Positions 26,521 to 33,706 of a stretch of DNA of 33,706 bases are shown here, in pieces. This DNA is from Candidatus Xenobia bacterium (GTDB lineage: Bacteria > Vulcanimicrobiota > Xenobia > Xenobiales > QWHO01). The stretch spans positions 1 to 33,706 of the forward strand of contig BTUM01000086.1 of the NCBI GenBank assembly GCA_045863235.1, written 5' to 3'. The position numbers were made by a program, and so were the translations under genes. Within the stretch, counting starts at the first letter, position 1; every line of letters starts with the position of its first letter. The notes beneath the pieces were generated by a model, which was given only the letters and a program-made list of their open reading frames with translations, searched no databases and had not been told where the DNA came from.

Positions 26521-27500
26521 CAGCTCAGCTCGAAGACGAAGGGGAAGGTGACCACCTGGCCCTCGTGCTTGAACTGGCCCCAGATCTTGTAGACCCCGTC
26601 GGGGGGCATCTGGCCGTGCAGCATGAACGGGAAGTCGGGGCCGGCTCCCTCGAGCAGCGGCTGCGCGTGGTGGCCGTGATGGCCCGAGTGCAGGTGGTTG
26701 AAGGAGCGGTCGGCGGCCTCAGCGCCGTCCGCTCCGATCATGATGGCGTGGCCCGGCATTCCCAGCCAGTTCTCGGCCTCCTGCACCGGCTGGTAGCCAT
26801 CCCCGACCGCCTTCTCGAGGTGGAAGGTCAGGTGGATCATGCCGTGTCCGCGCATGTCGTCGAGCTCGAAGGATACGCGGTAGGGAGCTCCTTGCTCTCC
26901 CGGTTGGCCATCGGCGCCGAAGTAGCGCGTGACCTGGCCGCTGCCGGTCAGGTCGGGCTGGAGCTTGACCGGCGCCGCCTGGCCGCTGGCCTCGAGGTCG
27001 AGCGCCAGGCCCTGCACCTTCTGCCCGCGCGGTTTGACCTCGGCGAAGACCAGGTGCGTGCCAGCCTTGGCGATGGCCCGCTCGGCGTCGCGATTGTCCG
27101 GATCGGCCGTGGGCTGGTTGAGATCGAGCGAGAACTCTCCCCGGGTCGTCAGGTTCGGGTGCAGATGGGCGAAGGTCTCCAGGTCGGCGCTGACCACGAT
27201 CATGTGCATCGGCTTCTCGTGCTCGAGGTCGAACTCGCGCACCGGGTTGCCGTGGGGGTCGAGAATGGCCATCTCGAGCCGGGTCGGCTGCCCGGGCAGG
27301 ACCGGGCCACCCTCCTGCCCGTTGAGAAGCATGCGGGCCTGCCAGCTCCTGGCAGGGGGATGATGGGGCGGATGCGCGGGCGGACTGGCCTGGGCGGGGG
27401 TGAAGCGGTCCTCGGGGCTGGAGTCGGCCAACTGGGGCCGAGTCTGAGCTGCGGTGGTGGGCAGGCGGTGAGTCGCGGGAGCGACGGCGGTCAAGATCAT
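26520..27500 (-). CDS. His/Met-rich putative heavy-metal-binding protein
   Basis: HEKPMHMIVVSADLETFAHLHP, WLGMPGHAIMI, HLHSGHHGHH and GVYKIWGQFKHEGQV. GGAGG SD; TGATG coupling to the downstream gene. Confidence 0.75.
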   Translation of the reverse strand: MILTAVAPATHRLPTTAAQTRPQLADSSPEDRFTPAQASPPAHPPHHPPARSWQARMLLNGQEGGPVLPGQPTRLEMAILDPHGNPVREFDLEHEKPMHMIVVSADLETFAHLHPNLTTRGEFSLDLNQPTADPDNRDAERAIAKAGTHLVFAEVKPRGQKVQGLALDLEASGQAAPVKLQPDLTGSGQVTRYFGADGQPGEQGAPYRVSFELDDMRGHGMIHLTFHLEKAVGDGYQPVQEAENWLGMPGHAIMIGADGAEAADRSFNHLHSGHHGHHAQPLLEGAGPDFPFMLHGQMPPDGVYKIWGQFKHEGQVVTFPFVFELS

Positions 27501-27640
27501 GGGTTCCTCCGAGTGATTGGTGGCTCGAAGGTAGGGACGGGTCGTCTGGGGAGCGTCAGGTCTGCGTCATCGGGACGGTCCGTCTGGCAGGCTTTGTTGC
27601 CATCCAGGTTTTCGTAAGGGTATCGGGTTAAGCTCGTGGC

Positions 27641-30439
27641 ATGCAGGTCCAACCTGTCCTGACAAGTCATGCCTTCCTCAGGCCGGCGGCCGCCCAGGCG
27701 TCCCCGGTCGATCGCTTCGAGCCTGGCCAGGTGACGGCGGAGCCGATGCGGTTCGGTCCGGCCTCGCCCCGGGTTGTCCCTGAGGCTGAGTGGCTGCTGG
27801 TCAGGCGCCAGGCCGAGCGGGCCCTGGCTCTGGCAGCCCTGGCTCGACCCGACACTCCCGCCATGCCCTGGCTGCGCTCTGCGGACGGCTCGGTGCGTCA
27901 CCTGGCTCGGAGAAAGTGGGCCCGCCAGACACCCGAGCAAAGCCAGCTGGAGAGATACTGCGCCGAGCTCGGCCCGGTCGAGGGTCCGGCCGCCCACGTG
28001 CGGCTCAAGTCCATGTTCGTGGGGAAGTACTACACCTTCGACAAGGCCGAGCTCGAGCAGGCCATGCATCGCCTCGATGCTGGCGTGCGAGGCCAGGGAA
28101 GAGCCAGCCAGAGCGCCCTGCAAAGCCTGTTGCTGGCATCCCGCAACCTGACCTTGCGCCAGCGAGACCCGGAGGTGGACCCGGCTCTTCGCCTGGAGGC
28201 CGGACAGATCGCTTCCCGGGCCGGGGGGGTGCTGGAGCAGTGGTGGCGCGACGGCCTGTGCGAGGTAGCCGGGAAGACCCCCGGTAGCTTGCCGCTGGGC
28301 TCGCTGGCCGCCAATGCGCCGGTGGCGGTGTGGGGGAGCCGGCTGGTGGTGGGGCGTCCCGCCACCCAGAGTCCGCCCTGGGCGAGCGAGCAGGCGGCAG
28401 CGATCGTCTCCGGGAAGCGTCCCGACCCCATGGCCGGCCTTGCGCCCGAGCCTGCCTCGCAACTGGCTGGAGCCCTGGTGGAGGAGGTCCTGGCACGGGT
28501 CACCGAGCCCGAGGCGATCAAATACCTGGACGGTCTGCTCGAGCAGTGCCCTCGGAATGCCGCTCTGGCCGCGGCCTTCCGCCCGCACCTGGAAGGGATG
28601 CGTGAGCTGGCCCGCCACGCTCGCTCGCGCAACGTGCTGGGCCCCGATTCCTGCTCCAGCGTGGCCGAGCCGGCCATGAGCTACTACGGTCACCTCATGA
28701 AGGCGTTCCCCGAGGTGATGGATGAGCGGCTCGTGCGCCAGCTGGAGCCGCTCTTCTTCGACACCCACGGACAGGCGGCCGATTCCACCAGTTGCCGCCT
28801 GCAAGAGATCTGGAAGGTCCATCCCGAGCTGGTCGACTGCAGTGTAAAAATGGTGCTGGGCGGACTGGAGCAGAGCCCGGCGGTGCCTCAGTCCGCATTC
28901 TGGCGCTTTTTCACCGCGGCCGGGAAGGCCGGCTGGCAGCCCGACAAGCTCGAGCGCGACTTCATGGTGCACTGGCTGTCAGTCCTGCCCGACCCGGGCC
29001 AGGAAAGTGGGCGTCTTGCGCTGTGGGACAGCGGCTGCTTCGAGCCGGCGATCGAGACCCTGGCCAAATTCGTGGAGCGCGATCCGGCTTTCCTGGAGGG
29101 CCTTTCTCTGACCGACCGCCAGGGCCAGCTGCGCCCGGTGCGGGAGGCTCTGTTGAGCCATCTGCTCGAGACCCCTGGCGCCGACGAGCGATACGAGAAC
29201 TGGGCCCACGCTCTCTTCAAAGTGCTGGCTCCCGGCGTCGACGAGCTATTCGAGAAGCGCTTGCTGCAGCCCCTGGAGGTCGAGCTGGCGGGCCGCACCA
29301 GCCTGCTCGACCTGCCCCCCGAGCAGCGCAACCGCCTCTCGGTGCTGGCCTGCATCCCCCTGAGCGAGGCCACCAGTCAGCGACTGGGCCAGTTGCTGGA
29401 GAGCGGTCTCCCCTTCGAGCAGGGACACCTGAATCGGCTGATGGAGCGCTACCGGAGCCCGCGGATGGAAGCCCACCTGACCGAGTTCCAGGCCCCCGAG
29501 GCCAGCAGCCAGGAGCGTCTGGAAGCGGCCCGCGCGGCCCAGCACCTCTATCTGCACCACAACTACCAGACCTATCAGTTCAACGAGCGCTTTGGTGCCG
29601 CCCTCAAGAGCCTGGACCCGGCCGCTGCGGATACCCTGGAGGCCCACCTGGCTCAACGGCTCGAGTCGCTCGTGCTGAGTGGCCAGGGGCTCCACCAGGT
29701 GGACCAGAGCGCGCTCTACGACATCCAGCTGGCGGCCACGATGGTGCCCGAGCGGCCGGGGCTGCTCGAGCCGCTGCGCCAGCTTCTGCCGCCCGATGGG
29801 GTCAAGCTGGAGGGGGCTCCCCACCGGGTCGCCGCCCGCATCCGTTTTCGCATTCGCGACTTCAACGATCACCTCCTCAAGCAGAGTGGCCATCCTGAAG
29901 AGCAGCGTTTCGCCTGGCTGGAGGAGAACGTTCGTCACGCCGCCGCCTGGCGCGACCGGCTGCCCGAGGAAAGCCTCCAGCTCTGGGCCCAGGGGGCGAC
30001 CGGATGGGTGGCTGATGCCTGTCAGACGATCGAGCGCCTCCCGGAAGCCCTGCGGGTGGTGCGAGTGCTGATGCGGGAGGATGATCCGACCGGCCTGCTC
30101 TACCTGGTGCAGGGACGACTCAGGGGGGCGGACCTGCTGGCCCAGAGCGAACCCGACCCTGAGAACTTCCCCACGCGCACCGTCGAAGCCCTGGAAGCCT
30201 ACCGGCAAGCCCGCAATGAGGGGTTGGGCCGGGAAGCGGCCCTGGATCGTGTGCTGGGCAAGCTTTCCCCGGTCGAGGCCCCCGCCAGCGCCGGCGTGGA
30301 GGAGACCAGAACGCACGTGGGGGTGGGCCCCGTGCGTCTCCGTCGCCGGGGCTCGAATGATTCGGATCAGTGCCACGCCCTGTTCGTTCGCCTATGCTGG
30401 CCTCGTGGCCAGACCAACGCTCCAGCTAGCTGTCGATAG
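27641..30439 (+). CDS. Large helical hypothetical protein (932 aa) with N-terminal leader and near-C-terminal VGPVRLRRR tag
   Basis: Long ORF with GC3-rich codons and Leu/Glu/Ala-rich helical character. TAAGCT 6 nt upstream of the ATG. Confidence 0.75.
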   Translation: MQVQPVLTSHAFLRPAAAQASPVDRFEPGQVTAEPMRFGPASPRVVPEAEWLLVRRQAERALALAALARPDTPAMPWLRSADGSVRHLARRKWARQTPEQSQLERYCAELGPVEGPAAHVRLKSMFVGKYYTFDKAELEQAMHRLDAGVRGQGRASQSALQSLLLASRNLTLRQRDPEVDPALRLEAGQIASRAGGVLEQWWRDGLCEVAGKTPGSLPLGSLAANAPVAVWGSRLVVGRPATQSPPWASEQAAAIVSGKRPDPMAGLAPEPASQLAGALVEEVLARVTEPEAIKYLDGLLEQCPRNAALAAAFRPHLEGMRELARHARSRNVLGPDSCSSVAEPAMSYYGHLMKAFPEVMDERLVRQLEPLFFDTHGQAADSTSCRLQEIWKVHPELVDCSVKMVLGGLEQSPAVPQSAFWRFFTAAGKAGWQPDKLERDFMVHWLSVLPDPGQESGRLALWDSGCFEPAIETLAKFVERDPAFLEGLSLTDRQGQLRPVREALLSHLLETPGADERYENWAHALFKVLAPGVDELFEKRLLQPLEVELAGRTSLLDLPPEQRNRLSVLACIPLSEATSQRLGQLLESGLPFEQGHLNRLMERYRSPRMEAHLTEFQAPEASSQERLEAARAAQHLYLHHNYQTYQFNERFGAALKSLDPAAADTLEAHLAQRLESLVLSGQGLHQVDQSALYDIQLAATMVPERPGLLEPLRQLLPPDGVKLEGAPHRVAARIRFRIRDFNDHLLKQSGHPEEQRFAWLEENVRHAAAWRDRLPEESLQLWAQGATGWVADACQTIERLPEALRVVRVLMREDDPTGLLYLVQGRLRGADLLAQSEPDPENFPTRTVEALEAYRQARNEGLGREAALDRVLGKLSPVEAPASAGVEETRTHVGVGPVRLRRRGSNDSDQCHALFVRLCWPRGQTNAPASCR

Positions 30440-31154
30440 CCTGGCCCTGGTGGCCTGCACCTTCGTGGCCACCACGGGCCTGGTTCTGGAAACCGCGCTC
30501 CCGCCCGGGAGCGGTCGGCTGGAGGCCGGTTTGCCCGACCGCCAGATCCTCTTGCTGTGGGGCTTGAGCCGCCACGAGTGGGGGCGGATCCACCTCTGGG
30601 CCGCCTATTTGCTGCTGACCATTTTGCTGCTGCACCTGGCGATGCACTGGAAGTGGTTGCTGGCCATGCTCACCAGGAAGCGGGAGAAGAAGCAGTCGGG
30701 GACGCGGTTTGCGCTCGGTTGCCTGGGGTTGGCGGGGTTGCTTCTTTCTTTCACCCCACTGCTGGGGACAGCCCACTCGCTGCCCCGCTCGCAGGCCCTG
30801 GCGCTGCGAGGCCTGACCTCGGGCCCGGCGGCTTGCGAACGCAGGGTGACCGTGGAAGAGCTGGAGCAGATCACCGGGGTGCCGGCCGTGACGCTGAGAG
30901 AGAAACTGGGTGCCGAGGTGGTCGTGGTGGTGGCGAAAGCGGATGGCTCGGGAAAGCAGCTCTACGAGAAGCACTGTGGGGGATGCCACGGTGCGGACGG
31001 AGTCGGGGCTCTGCCTGCCGACCCCGATCAGGCCGCCAGCCAGTTGGGCAAGACTCGCCCCCAGGCTCCCCACCAGGCCGCCCTCAAAGCGATGACCGAG
31101 GCTGAGCTCAAGAGCCTGTTGCAGTATCTGCAGGGCCTGAAGAAGAGTCGCTAG
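30405..31154 (+). CDS. DUF4405-type membrane protein fused to a c-type cytochrome domain
   Basis: GLSRHEWGRIHLW...LLHLAMHWKW, and C-terminal GKQLYEKHCGGCHG (CxxCH). GTG start 6 nt after TATGCT. Confidence 0.8.
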   Translation: MARPTLQLAVDSLALVACTFVATTGLVLETALPPGSGRLEAGLPDRQILLLWGLSRHEWGRIHLWAAYLLLTILLLHLAMHWKWLLAMLTRKREKKQSGTRFALGCLGLAGLLLSFTPLLGTAHSLPRSQALALRGLTSGPAACERRVTVEELEQITGVPAVTLREKLGAEVVVVVAKADGSGKQLYEKHCGGCHGADGVGALPADPDQAASQLGKTRPQAPHQAALKAMTEAELKSLLQYLQGLKKSR

Positions 31155-31226
31155 ACGGGTCGGAGGGAACCTCCGCCTCCGGCGAGGTGGCCTATGACCT
31201 GGGTCAGTGCACTCCCTTGCCCTGGC

Positions 31227-31235
31227 TGGTATACT
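31227..31235 (+). promoter_or_regulatory. Extended -10 promoter (leaderless) for pap
   Basis: TGgTATACT, 7 nt before ATG 31243, with no SD. Confidence 0.7.
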
Positions 31236-31242
31236 TCCGTCG

Positions 31243-32709
31243 ATGTTCGAGAGCGCCCAACTCGGTCGCAAGGTCGACCGAAAGACTTTTGCCGCCCGCG
31301 AGCCGGAGCTGCGGGAGGCCCTGCTCGATGCCCAGGCCCGACTGGCCGATGCTGGCTTCTCGGTGGTGGTGGTAGTGGCCGGAGCGGAAGGCTCGGGCAA
31401 GGGCGAGGCCGTCAACATGCTGGTCAACTGGCTCGATGCCCGGCGCGTCGAGACCCACGCCCTGGGCTCCCCCTCCGAGGAGGAGCGGGAGCGGGCCGAG
31501 TACTACAGGTTCTGGCGCCTTCTTCCCGGCAAGGGCCGGATCGGCATCTTCTTTGGCTCGTGGTACACCCGGCCCATCTCCCAGCACTCGCTGGGCGAGC
31601 TCTCCGAGGCCGGGATGGAGGATAGCCTGCGGCGCATCGCCGAGTTCGAGCAGATGCTGGAGGCCGAGGGCGTCCTGCTGGTCAAGCTCTGGCTGCATGT
31701 CACCAAGAAGCAACAGAAAAAGCGCTTCAACCAGCTGGAGAGGAACCCCGAGACGGCCTGGCGTGTGACCCGGACCGACTGGCGCTTCCACAAGACCTAC
31801 GATCAGTTCGTCAACTCCGCGAGCCGGGCTCTGAGGCGCACCGACACCGGGCAGTCCCCCTGGCACATCATCGAGGCCTGGGATGCCCGCTACTGTCATC
31901 TGACGGTTGCCGAGACCCTGCTCGAGGCTGTGGAGCGCCGTCTCTCGACACCCGTGCCCCCCAGGGAGCCCGCTCTGCCCCCGCCGGTGGCGCTCCCGGT
32001 GAATGTGCTCTCTGAGCTGGACCTGGGCCTGAAGCTCAAGCGCCAGGAGTACCGCAAGGCGGTGCGAGAGCACCAGCTGAGGATCGGCCGCAAGGCTCGC
32101 AAGCTCAAGGACCGCCGGCGCTCGATGGTTCTGGTCTTCGAGGGCACCGACGCGGCCGGCAAGGGAGGCGCGATTCGTCGCCTGACGCAGGCCCTGGACG
32201 CCCGCTACTACAAGGTGGTCCAGATCGCCGCCCCCAGCGACGAGGAGCTGGCGCGTCCGTACCTGTGGCGCTTCTGGCGCAATCTACCCCGCTGGGGCCA
32301 CATCACCATTTTTGACCGCTCCTGGTACGGCCGTGTTCTGGTGGAGAGGCTGGAGGGCTATTGCTCGAGCAGGGACTGGCAACGGGCCTACGGGGAGATC
32401 AACGCTTTCGAGGAGCAGCTCGTCCTGTCGGGCACGGCAGTCTTGAAGTTCTGGCTGACCACCAGCAAGGACGAGCAGCTTCGCCGTTTCCAGGAGCGCG
32501 AGGCCATGGGCTTCAAGCGCTACAAGATCACCGACGAAGACTGGCGCAACCGCGAGAAGTGGGATGCCTATCAGGCCGCCGCCTGCGAGATGATCGAGCG
32601 GACCAGCTCCGAGCTAGCCCCCTGGACGCTGGTGGAGGCTGAAGACAAGTACTATGCCCGGGTCAAGGTGCTCCAGACCGTGGAGCACTGGCTCAACGCC
32701 GGCCTCTAG
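31243..32709 (+). CDS. pap: Polyphosphate:AMP phosphotransferase (two-domain PPK2)
   Basis: MFESAQLG start, tandem PPK2 domains (GAEGSGKGE; FEGTDAAGKGG), FDRSWYGRVLVER and KITDEDWRNREKW. Confidence 0.92.
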   Translation: MFESAQLGRKVDRKTFAAREPELREALLDAQARLADAGFSVVVVVAGAEGSGKGEAVNMLVNWLDARRVETHALGSPSEEERERAEYYRFWRLLPGKGRIGIFFGSWYTRPISQHSLGELSEAGMEDSLRRIAEFEQMLEAEGVLLVKLWLHVTKKQQKKRFNQLERNPETAWRVTRTDWRFHKTYDQFVNSASRALRRTDTGQSPWHIIEAWDARYCHLTVAETLLEAVERRLSTPVPPREPALPPPVALPVNVLSELDLGLKLKRQEYRKAVREHQLRIGRKARKLKDRRRSMVLVFEGTDAAGKGGAIRRLTQALDARYYKVVQIAAPSDEELARPYLWRFWRNLPRWGHITIFDRSWYGRVLVERLEGYCSSRDWQRAYGEINAFEEQLVLSGTAVLKFWLTTSKDEQLRRFQEREAMGFKRYKITDEDWRNREKWDAYQAAACEMIERTSSELAPWTLVEAEDKYYARVKVLQTVEHWLNAGL

Positions 32710-32767
32710 AGGGCGCGAAGAACTTCTTCTTCAACGTGAGCCACTGGCGTGTCCGTGGCCACCGGCC

Positions 32768-32991
32768 GATGTGCGCGGACATGCAGGCACATGCGCGGGC
32801 AACTCCATGCACACCGCGCCCCGCCCCGCGCGATGTGCGCGGACATGCAGGCACATGCGCGGGCAACTCCATGCACACCGCCCCCCCGCCCCGAGATGTG
32901 CGCGGACATGCAGGCACATGTGCGGGCAACTCCATGCACACATCGTCCCCGCCCCGGAGATGTGCGCGGAAATGCAAGCGCATCCGCGAGC
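32768..32991. repeat. Intergenic tandem repeat, 63-64 bp unit, 3 full copies plus 1 degenerate, internally palindromic (REP/BIME-like)
   Basis: GATGTGCGCGGACATGCAGGCACATG(C/T)GCGGGCAACTCCATGCACA starts at 32768, 32832 and 32895, with a degenerate copy at 32959. Confidence 0.9.
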
Positions 32992-33035
32992 CCTTGAGGG
33001 GGCGCGAATCTCACCGCGAAAAGGGAGGATCCTTC

Positions 33036-33704
33036 TTAGCGGCGCCCGCCGCCCCGTGAGCGCGCTCCGCCGGACGGATTGACCTGCCCGCCGCGCGAGC
33101 CCTGACGGGTCACTGAGCTACCCTCGCGCTTGAGGGTGCTCTGTCGGGTGGTGCTGGCCTTCGGTCCGGTTGAGGTGCCCTGGTGCTGGATGGAGCTGCC
33201 GTCTTTCTGCCAGCTGTCGCTGGAGCTGCGCTCCTGGCCCCTGGGGCCGGTGGTCGTGCTGTCGCGATTGACGCTGTTGCCGTCCTTGCCCCAGGTGGCG
33301 TTCTGGTTCACTTCCTGGCCGTTTGGTCCAGTTTTGGTCGACTCCTTGTTGACCTGGTTGCCGTCTTTGGTCCAGGTGGCGTTCTGGTTGACCTCCTGGC
33401 CGTTGGGGCCGGTTTTGGTGGACTCCTTGGTCACCTGGTCGCCTTCCTTGGTCCAGGTGGTCTCTGTCTCGACGGCCTTCCCGTTGGGCCCGGTGGTGGT
33501 GCCCTGGTGCTCGACCGTGTTGCCGTCGCGCTGCCAGGTATCCTCGGCCTTGATGGTCTGGCCCTGCGGACCGGTGGTGGTGCCCTGGTGCTCGACCGTG
33601 TTGCCGTCGCGCTGCCAGGTATCCTCGGCCTTGATGGTCTGGCCCTGCGGACCGGTGGTGGTGCCCTGGTGCTCGACCGTGTTGCCGTCGCGCTGCCAGG
33701 TATC
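33036..33704 (-). CDS. 5'-truncated 27-aa repeat protein (TWxxDGNxVxxxxTxTGPxG)
   Basis: Frame open from the window edge to the TAA at 33036-38. The 81-nt period is near-identical at 33491-33706, and about 7-8 repeats are visible. Confidence 0.85.
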   Translation of the reverse strand, partial: DTWQRDGNTVEHQGTTTGPQGQTIKAEDTWQRDGNTVEHQGTTTGPQGQTIKAEDTWQRDGNTVEHQGTTTGPNGKAVETETTWTKEGDQVTKESTKTGPNGQEVNQNATWTKDGNQVNKESTKTGPNGQEVNQNATWGKDGNSVNRDSTTTGPRGQERSSSDSWQKDGSSIQHQGTSTGPKASTTRQSTLKREGSSVTRQGSRGGQVNPSGGARSRGGGRR

Positions 33705-33706
33705 CT

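Noticed and set aside
32768..32991. CRISPR array
   Set aside because: The intervening sequences are only 17-18 bp, C-rich and similar to each other, and there are no cas genes in the window.
32654..33082. Short ORFs across the intergenic repeat
   Set aside because: They are translations of the tandem repeat in several frames, with no RBS or coding signal.

Overview
GC-rich bacterial chromosomal window of about 28 protein-coding genes, truncated at both ends, with no rRNA, tRNA, CRISPR or transposase that I can see. Recognisable genes encode a degenerate HD-GYP protein, a sulfotransferase, an alpha/beta hydrolase, a SAM methyltransferase, a pilin-like protein, a GluR0-like SBP-K+ channel, an SLH-porin, an SBP-TRIC fusion, a Phd/PIN toxin-antitoxin pair, a DEAD-box helicase, a TPR lipoprotein, an FAD oxidoreductase, an M4/M36-like metalloprotease, a Uma2 nuclease, a cysteine-synthase-family enzyme, a DUF4405-cytochrome c and a two-domain PPK2 (pap). 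Three signals stand out. (1) The ORF track truncates an exported thioredoxin at an in-frame TGA lying exactly on the first Cys of WCGPC (W-U-G-P-C), followed by a SECIS-like hairpin, so it is a probable selenoprotein (9836-10579). (2) Several unrelated proteins share a non-Sec low-complexity N-terminal leader, and two share an ungapped C-terminal VxExxTx[LV]xVG[GP]Vx[IL]R[KR]R tag, suggesting an uncharacterised export or sorting system. (3) At least seven genes have a TANNNT box 6-7 nt before the start codon and no SD, which points to leaderless mRNAs. The SLH-porin and pilin-like family suggest a diderm Terrabacteria lineage such as Eremiobacterota/Armatimonadota, but this is inference only.
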